A stretch of DNA of 58,115 bases, counting the filler, from Sphacelaria rigidula (lineage: Eukaryota), in assembly GCA_964200075.2 (NCBI GenBank). It is 7 parts of 7 records of this genome, joined end to end, with 100 filler letters (N's around TTAATTAATTAA, not from the genome) between each part and the next. Parts side by side here need not be neighbours in the genome. Positions count along the whole stretch, not along the records: positions 8,318 to 16,534 come from CAXNAA020011884.1; positions 16,635 to 24,851 come from CAXNAA020011885.1; 5 more parts are not named here. One strand, 5' to 3'. The notes under the pieces are model-generated. The model saw only the letters and a list, made by a program, of their open reading frames with translations. It did no database searches and was not told where the DNA came from. Position 1 is the stretch's first letter; every line of letters starts with the position of its first letter. This document shows, piece after piece, positions 12,615 to 24,547 of the stretch. Both the position numbers and the translations under genes were made by a program.

Positions 12615-12824
12615 GTAATTCGTGAGAAAATCGCGTGCTTGGAGGACCGCATTGGAATTTGAACACCCCTGTGGTTAGGGTTAGGGTTAGGGTTAGTGTT
12701 AGAGTTAGGGTCAAGGGCGTGATACCTGCAGGGACTGACCCGATTGGTTTTGAAAAACGTCGATCCGGAGGTATTTTAACCTGCGGCGCGGTCCTCTAAG
12801 CACGCGGTCCTCTCACGCATTACA
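12615..12824 (+). mobile_element. ~210-bp MITE carrying internal telomeric (TTAGGG)n
   Basis: TIRs GTAATTCGTGAGAAAATCGCGTGCTTGGAGGACCGC and GCGGTCCTCTAAGCACGCGGTCCTCTCACGCATTACA; six TTAGGG-type units at 12675-12710; sits within a G-run. Confidence 0.8.
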
Positions 12825-13619
12825 GGGGGGGGCGACCTAGCAGTGTGAGGTCAAGTGATACTCCCTTGCTCTGGGCTCTGGCGACGTCGTCTTAGCAAGC
12901 AATCCGGTCGCGGTATCGGACAGATTGAAATTCCCCACAAGGCACGAGGTCACGAGGCATGGCCCTGTCCTCCTCCCAAAGTGTTCGACACGATCTTCAC
13001 TTTTGAGGCTCTCTAGAAGGAAGCCTTTGCGGCGATATGAGACATGCGGTATTGACATATGATTACGATGTGAAGGGTTCCCACCACGAGAGTATTCGAC
13101 CACCAGGATCGTAGATGAAAGGAGTGCTCGAGACACGATTTTAGTGAATCGCGACCAGGAGACGTGCAGTTCCGGGCGAGCACAAAAACCACGTACCGCA
13201 TGGACACGCTGTGTTATGGGGGCAGCTTATGGAGTATATCTCCTTGTGAAAAATAGCCCTAAAGTACTGACCTCGTCGTTGTCCCGCCGCTGCACGTGCC
13301 AATGCGGACGATGCGTACGCCCCAGCAAACGGGAGAGAGCAGGCGGATATCCGCAGAGCACATATGCCTAGGGCCCTGACTAATCTCATGATTAGCAGTC
13401 ACCCGAGGGAGCTGACAGCAGTAGCAGCAACAGATGAAGCGGGTGAGAGCGGACGGTCAAAACGCGTCGCAGGCACCACTGAATCGTCTGCATTTCGCAC
13501 CGTGAGTAATTTGATTGTGTTGCGCTCCAAGACCGAACCGGCGGGCAATTACAGAAATCGACGGCAATGTGCTCAAGAGACAATCCGATAGGTGTATCGG
13601 GAGGCACGCATTCCCAATA

Positions 13620-14062
13620 AACAGCCGATCATCGAATTTGAGGATGGAGCTTTTCATCCAGGATAAGAACTCGGAAGATGGGAATCTTCGTATCCACACC
13701 AAATCTTCGAAATATCGTCCCACTCCTTCACCTACTGGTAGCTATTGACAAGTAGTACACGCCATCCAAGTTGTGATTTCGATAACCGAGAGTTGTGGCC
13801 CTAGGTCAAGAACCAATTTCTGGAATTTCGGCGATCCGATCGGATCACCTAAATTCCCCCCAAACACTTTTTTCATCTAGGACCTCAGCATTTCGGTCAT
13901 GGAAATCCAAAATTTTCGGGCGTGTAGCAGTTACCGATAGCTACTAGTAGGTGAAGGAATGGAGCCATATTTCGAACATTTGGTGTGGATACGAAGATTT
14001 GAATCCTCCCGGTTCTCCTCCTCAACAAAAAGCTCAATCCCCAATTCCGATGAGCGGCTGTT
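13620..14062. mobile_element. Foldback (fully palindromic) MITE, copy 1
   Basis: The whole 443 bp is an imperfect palindrome centred on GATCCGATCGGATC (~13833-13846); flanked by AATA direct repeats; homologous to 48425-48870. Confidence 0.85.
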
Positions 14063-15449
14063 AATAGTGTCGCAAATTAATCCCTCGATCCTACTAGTAC
14101 AAGAGATGTGCCAGGACGGGGGGGGGGGAGGAGGGGGCGAGCAGTGTGAAATACATGTGACTGTACAGTTATCCGTATACGTGGCGTTCTTTTAGAATCG
14201 TGAGATTGTACAGCAAAGAGAAAATATCCCAAATGCTAGGACACTGTTGATGTTGTGCAGCTCGATATTCGAAATGATGGAAAAGCACTCAAACGTACAA
14301 ATATGTTCCATGATATAGTTAGCTCGCACCTGAAGCATCAGCGGTTTCTCGAGGCTGGCACGTTGCGCCAGGTGCGCTGAAATAGTGGTTTGTATGATCA
14401 ATCAAGGATTGACATCCGCAGGTATTCCGGAAACCATTCCGTGGTTAAGTAGGTCTTTGAAGCAGGCCAAATGTTCATCTCTTCTTCACCTCATGTATCG
14501 ATACCGCCAAGTCATCCCGCAAATACACAACCCCCCCCGTCAAGCTCAGCACAAGGTATGTATGTAGAGAGTACATACCTGTGTGGGACTCTAGCATGAG
14601 ACAACAAGTCAAAGGCCAAGAAGTGATCGAAAAAGTAAATGGCAGAGCGCCATGACCTGTGACCGAAAAAGCGTTGGACGAATGGTCGCGCACGGCAATC
14701 GATCCCTCGGGATGTGCTGCGCACTTAGTGCGTGTCTGTGTGGTCGGAGGGACTAGTGTCTGATGTGCAGCTTAGTTGACCTGTTGGGATGACGATTGTC
14801 ACGTTTCGGCCTGGAAACTGGAAATTGTCAGGTCCCGCCCCAACACGGCAATCGGCCGTCTCTACACAACACCGGACAGGTCGCGGGAAAATATGAGGTA
14901 CAAAACGGGCCTACGTCCAGTACCGTACACCCGCGAGCTGTCTACTGAGCAGCGGGCGTGTTTGATACTGAGGTCGCCGGTGTGCATTGAACAAGTACCT
15001 CGAGCAGCAGGTGAGCGTACAGTTCCTCTGCTACTTGTGACCGCACACTTGTACGGGTCGTCGCACGCAATCAACGGTGCCGTTCGGGCGTGCGATGACC
15101 GGCCAAAGTATGAAGTCGTCAAGCACGCAAGCATCAGAGCATCATCATCAAAGTGTCACTCCTTGGGAACCGTGGATGCGTTCGAGTGAAGGACGAGTTG
15201 TTCGGTCGATGATTGGGATGATGGAGCGAGGAAAAGTGGGAAGGTGCGGTGCATTGTTGCGCCGCCCCTTTTATCGCTTTTGATGCGTTTCAAAACGCCT
15301 CCGTGTTTGTTAGATGATGACAAAAATCACAGGGCTGGGGCTCGACGCCTCACACGTTTTTATCCCGAATTGTTCAGGGAACAACGTATTTCGACCGATT
15401 GTGAAGTCAACTGCAACGTATTCCACATGTAAAGGGCATAGCCTACACT

Positions 15450-16300
15450 TTGGAACAAAATCATGGGCCGTGGGACGGTGAAGGATGTTCGCCGCTTGCC
15501 AGACACGGCGGCTCTAGAACTACTGCACACATCGCTCTCTGCATCACTAAGCCAACCCTCGAAAGTTTTAGATCATTGACGCTTCATTGGAGGAGGATTG
15601 GCGGGTGTGTGTGGGCTTCGATAGCTAAACGCTTCCGGTAAAAGCTAGGAAACGTCTGAATAAGCTGGGTGAAAATCTCGTTCGACCTTATCAACTACAG
15701 ACCATGCCGGCGAATATCTACTTTCCGTCTACCGCTGTGCCGACATCAAAACGCAGAAATTTCCTACGCTGCGTAGCTATCGGGATACCAAAAGACACCC
15801 ACATGATGCACGGGTGGCAAGTATTCAGCTTGGCAGGATCACCACGATCCCGCGAAGAAACGAACGGAACAGAGGTTGGCTACTCCCGCAAAATATCGGG
15901 ACGTGAAGGCGACCTGGGCTTGACTGTATAACTGTACAGAGCCCGTATCCAACACTGACTGTATGCGGTGCTGTGGTGGCATTCAAGACGAGGAAATTGA
16001 TTGTCATCGCACGAGTCTCATTCATTTCCTGTATATCACCGTCGTAGTAGCCATCTTACAGTAGGTGCAATATCCGGGGGAAATGTGTATACCGTGAACG
16101 GAAGTGTGGTACAAGGGCTGGAGGAGTTGGATTCGACAGCTAGAGCCATTTGCGTCGGAATTACGTACACTGGATAGTGCGAGGTTAATGGTGGTATTGA
16201 AGTACCGTGACTGCTGTGGACGCGAACTGCTGGCCCTTTTTGAACCCAAGTTCTCAGAACTGCGGCCGCGCAGCGAGAACGTAGGCAAGCCCATGAGCAG
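15450..16300 (+). pseudogene. Possible decayed Gypsy integrase fragment
   Basis: HGGSRTTAHI...HWRRIGGCV resembles the integrase zinc-binding segment; EPKFSE resembles DPRFTS; multiple frameshifts. Confidence 0.3.
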
Positions 16301-16461
16301 CGAAAAAACGTTTTCGTGAGTTCAAGCTGACATAGCCAGCCCTCCCTAACAAGGACGAGATAGAAATGCACACAGGTCTTGCCCTGAGCATACGTCACTC
16401 TAACAAAACGCGGCGCAATTACTGTCTGTTCGCGCCGGTGATAGATGGCAGTAGACATTAT

Positions 16462-16534
16462 TGTAATGTGTGAGAGGACCGCGTGCTTAGAGGACCGCAT
16501 CGGAATTTGAACATCCCTATGGTTAGGGTTAGGG
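16462..16534 (+). mobile_element. Second copy (5' end) of the telomeric-repeat MITE, truncated by contig end
   Basis: TGTAATGTGTGAGAGGACCGCGTGCTTAGAGGACCGCATCGGAATTTGAACATCCCTATGG(TTAGGG)2 matches 12615-12686 and the reverse complement of the right TIR. Confidence 0.85.
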
Positions 16535-16976
16535 NNNNNNNNNNNNNNNNNNNNNNNNNNNNNNNNNNNNNNNNNNNNTTAATTAATTAANNNNNNNNNN
16601 NNNNNNNNNNNNNNNNNNNNNNNNNNNNNNNNNNACTAGGGAGCTACGCTCAAAAAGCGCTAGCTCGAGCTATGGGGAGCTGATCTGTCCGACGTGTGAA
16701 ATTTTCGAATGAAGCGTTATTCGTCCGATCCTTCATTTTATATATATGCCGTGACTCCGTCCAGGCAGGCCCCCAGCGTTTCACGGTTGTACTATACCTG
16801 TGACCCATTTTGATTATTGGCGACAACTTGAGGGGTACATGGAGCAACGAGGAAGGTTATCAAACTGCGGTCCTTTGTCTTCAGAATCCAACATCGGAAC
16901 CCGCTGTATGCTCGCCCCTCGAACGTAACCAGAAAGCACGCCCCCTACTCAGCGCTGGCTGCCGTCGAGGTAGCGA

Positions 16977-17637
16977 GTGCTGCCCAAGCATCTCGGAGCC
17001 CACAGCAGCCCCGGGAGACACCGACGGCTACCCCTCCCGTGAAGGCACTGCAATCCTTACTGCAAACCCCCGACACGCATGATTTGGACGCGCTTGACGT
17101 GTTTGTATACTGCAACCGCCAGCTCTCTCTTCGACGTGTCCGGACGCCTTGGCGAAGTACCTGTCATTTCGGATGCACTGGTCAAAAAAGGCGATAGGGG
17201 TAGGACTCGTGTTCTGGGGACTTTTTATGAAGCGTCAAGACTTCGTGGGGCCTGAGTGCAGACAACAGCTGTCTACTCTACCGGCGCCACGAAGTCTTGA
17301 TGCTTCATAAAAAAAGTCCCCAGAACACGAATCCTACCCCTATCGCCTTCCTTCACCAGTCCATGCCAAGTGAAAGGTGCTCCGCCAAGGCGTCCGGATA
17401 AGTCGGAGAGCGTGCTGGCGGTTGCAGTATACAACACGCTGAGGGTGTCCACGTCACGTATCTCGGGGCACTACAGCGAGGATTGACGCGCTCCTGCGGG
17501 AGGGGTAGCTGTCGGTGTCTCCCGAGGCTGCTGCATCTCGAGGCATTGCAGCAAGGATTGACGTGCTCCGGCGGGAGGGGTATAGCTGCCGGTGTCTCCC
17601 GGGACTGCTCTGGGCTCCGAGATATTCGGGAGCAGCA
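16977..17637. repeat. ~660-bp hairpin with near-perfect inner core
   Basis: Core 17188-17248 pairs with 17287-17349 (2 mismatches, 2-nt indel); outer arms more diverged; right arm contains an internal duplication. Confidence 0.85.
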
Positions 17638-19029
17638 AACACCACGGGAACGGTGAAGTCGGAAACTTTGCCGAACGAGAGCAGGGAAGACCGCAGGATG
17701 GTGGCAAGCGGCGGCGGCTGAGGCGGCGGCCAACGGCGAACCGGTGGTTACGGTCGGAGGGCACTTGAGGACGCCAACGCCGAGGAGGGTTCGTGGGCTA
17801 CTCAAGACATCAGGGAATGTCCTTACACCATGCACCCGCTGTCGGAGCTGCACGCCAACGTGCAGGAACACGCAGACGACCTCGACGAAGAGGAAGAGAG
17901 GGAAAGGACGGCGGGGAAGGTTAAGGACAAACTTATGCTCCTGCCTTCTTGTGCTTGTCGAGCTCTTGCACGTTCACTGTTTGTGTGGGTATTATCGTGA
18001 GGTTCTTCTACACGTGAAATATATGTGCCACACCTTTGTAGGTACGCATCGTGTGAAGCCCATAAATTCTCCCCGGTCTCCACGGCCGGAATCACGCATC
18101 ATCGCTTGACTTGACAACAATAGTGACCGTTCCAAGCGTGCCTCTTGTCCATTGTTGTTCTGTTTGCGCTCGAAGGGGTATAGAACACCCACCCACGCAC
18201 TGCCTCTTCATTTTTTCTCTGCTCTCCTTCCGCGCTTCTCTTCAACTCGTCATGCCAATGCTTTCACCCCGCACTGTGCAACACACGGAACCGACTCATT
18301 TCCCACATGTACATTGTCCGCTGTTCACATTTATGAACACACCCATCTCGCCTCCTCCCATCTGCTCCCGTCTGCATGACCCTGCTACCCGTCCTTTCCG
18401 TCCTTTCCCTTCCTCATTACCAATCTTTTTGGAAACCCCGTTGAACTCTGCAACGTTTTACGTCGATGATGTTCTGGGGGGGAAAAAAAAAACGTTTTCA
18501 AGCATGCGAAGTCAACGGTCGTCTGCAAAGCTTCCCAGGTGATACTGTTCCGGAAAATTCTCCAGCCATGAATCACCTGAAGGTGAAAAAAAAAAGGGCA
18601 GACCTCTCCTGACAGGAGCTGTTCCGAGAGCCATAATACTTCCAAAAAATCCATCCTCAGTTATACCTTTGGGGTGAAAACACAACAAAGTTGAATTCGT
18701 TTTGGAAAGCTTCCCAGGTCATACCGTTACGAGAGGCTGCCCGGCTCGTGTTGCTCAAGATAGCTTCCTCCGTGAAAACTGTTCCGGGAGGCTTCTCAAG
18801 TCATATCCAACCTGACGGAATTTCAAAGTCACAGATTTCCTTAAAATAATTTTTCCAAGGTCATTCATCTTTCTTGAGAAGCAATTAAAGCCTCCGAACG
18901 AGCAAGTTTGGGATGGACTCTTACGGTAAGAGAAAAACGTACAAAAAGCGATGCATTGGCATGTATGGGCTCAAACGGACTGCTTCGAGTCCAAATACAT
19001 TTTAAAAGTCACACCTTGGCGCCCTTCAA

Positions 19030-19365
19030 TTGATTGATTGATTGATTGTCGCACTTCAACTGACCCCCCAGGGGTCCAGCCGTGGTCTCATGATTGACGT
19101 ACGTACCCAAGAGAAACGAAACTGAAACACGTTTTGAAAAAAAGAAGGAACAGGAAAAAAAAAAAAAAAAAGAGGAAAATGACGACATAGCAGACTAAGT
19201 CGTAACAGAAAAAAGTCATCAAAAAGTCAACACAAGCAAAGCACAGAAAGAAATCGCCGACCTCAAACAAAAAAAAGAAGAAAAAGAGGGGAGTAAAGAG
19301 CAAATAAAATACAATACGATAAAACGACGAAAAAAAAGGATAACCCCCAATGGATTCAGGGCAGC
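19030..19365 (-). mobile_element. 3' end of a non-LTR retroelement with (CAAT)n tail, copy 1
   Basis: Minus strand ends CATGAGACCACGGCTGGACCCCTGGGGGGTCAGTTGAAGTGCGA(CAAT)4 after a T-rich 3' region; second copy at 22532. Confidence 0.7.
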
Positions 19366-20280
19366 AGAGTAGGTACAGATACACACAGTGGGCACCGCAG
19401 AGCCACCGACCAAGGACATAACCAACAACCGATATGAGCAGACAGGATTCTCCGATGCCATCCTCTAGTCCCCGCCTTTTCCGCCGGTACGTTAGAATAC
19501 CATCTTATTTTAGCGTTGCCCGTTCCCCGCCTACATTGGCCAATATCACGCGACGAGTTGTGCACCTCACACTAAAACGGGGGTGGGATGGTGGGTGGTA
19601 TCCAAGAAGGGGTGATAATTGAACTCATTCACAGATATGGTGGCCCTTAGACGGCTGTAGACGGCGAAGAACTACACACAACAGGAAATTGGAAACAAAT
19701 AAATTCAACATTAGCATGCGTCAACAGAACATGAGCCAATGGAACAAATCGACGTACGAATTAAATTTCTTGCACCTTCCACGTCACCGAAGTAATAGCC
19801 CAAGAAAAAAAAAGGATGACGTACCATATGCATGTATGCATACAGTATATATATATACACATATTCGGGGCAGCACAAAAGATACGCAGTACTTGGACGC
19901 AATCGCGTACACAAATCGTTCAACGAGGAATGACTTGCAGAAATAATATCACAGGGTCATCCTACCCCCACACCACCTCCACCCGCTACCCTCCGCGCAC
20001 CTTCTGCAGCTGCTTTCCCCGTCCCACGCCCCCGTGAGCTCTCTTGCCACTACGTACGCCACAGGATGTGTTTGGCAGAGGCGGAAGGTGCCATCTACAA
20101 ACGAGCCTTGGATGGTCAAGCCGTCGCGTGACAGGGCACCTGTTTCGACAAACATTTATAGTTTTGACGGGGAAAAAAAAAAGGGGGGGGGGGGCGAAAT
20201 GTAGGAAAAGAAAGGCTCGTCAAGAAAATGCACACTCGTTGTGAAGGAGGCGGGGCAAGGTGGTGGGGAGGGGGAAGACG

Positions 20281-20408
20281 GGTGTACTCATGATCTTGCA
20301 TGTCATAGTCATACGACCATTGACCTCGCATCCCTACGAAGCCGGGATGGAGCACGCCAGGTTTTCGCCGGACCAGGCTCGCAAAAAATCGCGAAGCTCG
20401 AAGCGCCG
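20281..20408 (+). repeat. ~130-bp dispersed repeat (GGTGTACTCATGATCTTGCA family), copy 1 of 4
   Basis: Homologs at 23290-23410 (-), 33269-33345 (-, truncated) and 40405-40534 (+). Confidence 0.85.
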
Positions 20409-20440
20409 GGGGGACGGGGGGACGGGGGGGGTCGAGTTTT

Positions 20441-21039
20441 CAAGGGCAAGTTGGGTATGGTATACCCAATACTCGGTATTTTTCAATTTCCATGCTCTTC
20501 CTACCCGAACTCTTGGGTAGAGTTTTGAAATCGTACCCAACATACCCAAAGTTGAGTAGAGTACTTTGGACTGTACCCAACATACCCAAATTTTGGGTAG
20601 AGTATTGCGGTCATACCCAGGTGATACGCTATACCCAGGTATTGCTGAGAGTGCTTCCCCAATGTTCGGGTGAAGTATTTGAGGCCATCCCTAATTCACC
20701 CAATTTAGGGTAGAGTATTGAGGTCATACCCAAGTGATACGCTATACCCAGGTATTGCTGAGAGTGCTTCCCCTATCTTCAGGTAGAGTATTTGAGGCCA
20801 TACCCAATTCACCTAATTTGGAGTAGAGTACTTGAGGTCGTACCCAAGTGATACTCTATACACCGGTATTGCTGAGGGTACTTACCGAATATTTGGGTAG
20901 AGTAGTTGAGGTCGTACCCAATCTTCCCAAAAATTGGGCAGAGTATTTGAGACGATCTACCCAAGACTTGAGTCGAGTAAATACCCGGGGTTTTTTACCC
21001 GAGTATTCAAAAGTACATACCCTACCCGACCTGCCTTTG
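20441..21039. mobile_element. Non-autonomous TIR element (hAT-like termini) filled with GGGTA/TACCC repeat array
   Basis: CAAGGGCAAGTTGGGTATGGTAT ... ATACCCTACCCGACCTGCCTTTG TIRs; ~38-40-bp monomers; three ~113-bp higher-order units from 20593. Confidence 0.75.
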
Positions 21040-21699
21040 GCTTTATCGATCGTAAACAGGTGGAGGAAAGGTACGAAGGGGCACGCGACTTTTATCTTGC
21101 AGACCACCACGCCAGATATCACCCGTTCACAGAACCATGCAAACTCCGCACAACTTATTCTCAGCCATCATCGAAACCCTGAAGCATAGAGCACGAGTTG
21201 AGCACAGGGATAGATACACTGCAGTAGTTGGGTATGGTGTGTTCATTTTTGTTGGCGAAAACTTGAGCATCTTCTCCACGTTAGGGATCGGCGACAGAAC
21301 TGTGTGGTAGGGTGGACGACCGACTTGCGTACACTCATGGACAGTGCAGGCAGTACAATGCTGCAATTTTTCTGAGTCCTCTTCAGGTCGCACTGTAAGC
21401 AGAGAGTACAGACAATCTGCGCTGTCTGCACGACACGTTGCCCCTTCTCTTTTACATCGTACGGTACGGAACACGCAAACACACACACTGAGGCACACTG
21501 TATGCATACAGCGCCGACAGTACTATACTGTACTGCAGACAAGCGAACAAGTGCCGCTTCACGAATTCCCCCGTCTTTTTTCGATCGAAAGCTTGCAAAT
21601 TCGTTTGGACCCAACTTGCGAGAAACGAACGAATTCGCTGAAATCAATTTCACCGCACTTTTTTGACATATCGGAAAATGATGTGTCAAGACTCGGCCT

Positions 21700-22005
21700 T
21701 GGCCAGTATTTGGGTAAAGTATTGAATTCGTACCCCAACTACCTCAAATATGGGTGGAGTAGTTTAGATCGTACCCAACATGCTCAAATTTGGGGCAAAG
21801 TATTGAGGTCATACCCAAGTGATACTCTATACCCAAGTATTGCTGGGAGTGTTTACCCGATATATAGGTAAAGTATTCGAGGCCGTACTCAATCTATCCA
21901 AAAATTGTGTAGAGTACTAGAGGCCGTACCCAATCCAGCCCAAATTCGGGTAGAGCATTTAAGGTCGTGCTCAATCTACCCAAATTTTGGGTAGAGTATT
22001 CGAGG
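21700..22005 (+). repeat. Internal fragment of the TACCC-array family
   Basis: TTGGGTA(A/G)AGTATTGAGGTC(A/G)TACCCAA monomers as in 20441-21039, TIRs not seen. Confidence 0.8.
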
Positions 22006-22531
22006 CAGAAGGCGGGGACGTTGGAAAGGGTGGTGCAGTGCGAAGAAGAGGCCTTCAAAACGGCTCGGGACTGTCTGGCATCAAGCCTCAGTGACGGCGA
22101 GGACGACCAATTAATTTCAATATGTTATGTTTTCGACGTTTTCTAGCCCCCGTAAAAGAGATGGATACGGGCGTTTCGGACCCACTCTTGAATTTTTCGC
22201 CGTTCGGGCCGCATGGTGGAAATGGACGTTGGTGAAAAAAAAAAACGGGGTTCGACTAAAAAAACGCTGAGAAAAAAACGATAACGAAATCGAAAAAAAA
22301 ATCGCCCAGGAGTTTCCATTCGTGGAATCGTCGTCATGTTTGCTTGAAAAATGACTCTTGGACTCGAGTGTTCATCTGGGGAAGCTCGTAAACCGCCAGG
22401 TTGGATCATTTGTTGAATCGGCATATTTTTAGTCTTCGCTTGTCAGGCTACTTACTACCCCTAGGTGCGGGAGTGGTAGTCTCGGGAACCACGGACATGG
22501 CCATGGGACGTGCCTAGACAGTTCGTTCTTC

Positions 22532-22669
22532 TGATTGATTTGTTTGATTGATTGTCGCACTTTAACTGACCCCCCAGGGGTCCAGCCGTGGTCTCATGAT
22601 GGGCGTACTCAAGAAAAACGGAATACAAACACGCTCTAAGGAAAAAAAAAAAAAAGGAACAGGGAAAAA

Positions 22670-22713
<44 letters not shown>

Positions 22714-22718
22714 AGAGA

Positions 22719-22753
<35 letters not shown>

Positions 22754-22875
22754 CGCAGAAAGAAATGGCCGACCTTAAGCAAGAAAGAGGAAAACAAGAG
22801 GAAAGTACGAATTAAATTAAAAATACAGTGGAACGATGGGGGAAAAAAAAAAAGCCTAAGGGATTCATGGCAGCT
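22532..22875 (-). mobile_element. 3' end of non-LTR retroelement with (CAAT)n tail, copy 2
   Basis: TGATTGTCGCACTTTAACTGACCCCCCAGGGGTCCAGCCGTGGTCTCATGAT is near identical to 19043-19094; expanded poly-A tracts on the plus strand. Confidence 0.7.
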
Positions 22876-23289
22876 CTTCTGTGGAGGGAAACCCCAGGGT
22901 CGAGATGAGAAGTGACTCGAGGGGGCACCGGGATAGATACCGCCTCGAGTTGGAGTATGACTATTACTCCGAGGACGGGATAGAAAATGACCCGAGGGGA
23001 CAGACCAGTATTCCAGAGGGAACGCTCCCGGAACAAGGCCAGAGATATGAACATTCCTGGGACGGAGCGGAGGGATCCATAGGATATTCTCGGGAAATAT
23101 GCCGCGGGAGGTATGGTCCCGCAGCGGTTGTAGACACGTGGAAGACTTGAGGACTACCATGGTACTCGCACTTGCTTTAATATCTGCTCGAAAATTCACT
23201 GTGCAACCCAGATGGCCCACCCCGGCGTTCAAGGGGTTCACGGCCCCACCAACTGCGGGCCAGGAGCCTGCCCCCCTTCCCCCCCTTCC

Positions 23290-23410
23290 TCGGCTTGGTG
23301 ATTGATTGCGAGCCTGGTCGGGCGAAAACCCGCCGTGCTCCGTCCCGGCTTTGTAGGGATGCGAGGTCAGTGGCCATATGGCGACGACGTGCAAGATCAT
23401 GAGTACACCC
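23290..23410 (-). repeat. ~130-bp dispersed repeat, copy 2
   Basis: Reverse complement of 20281-20400. Confidence 0.85.
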
Positions 23411-24547
23411 CTCCTCCTCGGAGGCTGTTGATAGTAAGGAAAACTAAGGCAGAAGCGTCATCCTTCCTCTCTATCCATCTGCAGGTACACGCAGTTGACT
23501 GACGCCACCACCACCCAGGGATCGCCTGTGTGCGAGCAGCTCCAAACCGAGGAGCTACAGTGTCTTTCCTGCGTTGAAGAGGAGTATACGAGCTGGGCCA
23601 GCCAACAATGGGTAGTTTCCTCGCTAAGGCGACGCACGGCGCGATATTAGGAGTTGGACGCTGAAATTTTGACAGCAGCTTCTTATGATCGACATGCAGA
23701 AGATCATGTGAGCAGCAAAGAAAAAAAAGGAAAAAAACAGGAAAGCTATGGGATTTGAAATTCCAGTAAAAACAAGATAATGTCCACACCCTGGAAAATA
23801 TATGGTCAAAAGATACAACAGACGAAAAGTGTACCGCATTAAGTATAGGCCTATTGCAACTACTGCCGGCCGACAATAGTCCCAATAGGCCTATACTTTA
23901 TGCAGTACTTTTTTTCGTCTATTGCAACTACTAACCATACATTGTCCAAGGTGTGATAATATCATAAGTCCAGGAAAAAAATGAGAATCTACAGCTGCTC
24001 ACGGGATGTATCATTTTCTTGGGTGCAGAAGGTCTTCGTGTAATTTCAGCTCAAGAGCCGTCGAATTGGGCCGTGCGTGCAACGTTTTGCGTGACCCTGC
24101 TGCACCCCACATATACTCAGTGCGGGGTGATTGCTGACGTGAACCCACCGTATTAAAAAAGAAGAAAAAAAAACACTCCGACACGCTATCGCCCAACTAT
24201 ATGAGACGCACCCCGTACTCTGTGCAGCATAAGAACGTAATCGGCAATACGACGCCAATCGAACAGCGACGCAGTCCTCTGTCATCAGGTGGGTCTGCAG
24301 TTCGCAGTGATATGCTTACATGGGGTTCATTTGGGAAAATGGGAAAGCTGTGGTGTGAGCAACTTTTAGCCACTTTTAAGCTGGCCCAGCTCGTAGGTTC
24401 CGATAGCATTCTGGTTCGAAATCGACATTGACCAGCATATCCACTTGTGCATCATGACACGTGCATGATATCACGTCCAGGCCCACTGTGTCAATTGAGC
24501 TTAGTGTGGATTAAAGTCATTTGGGTGCAGTATGGTATAGAAGAATA

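Noticed and set aside
16523-16534. TTAGGG repeats at a contig end as a true telomere
   Set aside because: Preceded by the same TIR and spacer as the complete internal element at 12615-12824
20311-20404. 5S rRNA-derived origin for the 130-bp repeat
   Set aside because: Only scattered short similarities; no recognisable C box or correct spacing
20490-21000. Regularly spaced palindromic repeats as a CRISPR array
   Set aside because: No unique spacers, degenerate tandem units, enclosed by TIRs, no cas genes, eukaryotic context
22636-23400. 254-aa minus-strand ORF
   Set aside because: Assembled from a dispersed repeat plus a poly-T retroelement tail; no coherent protein
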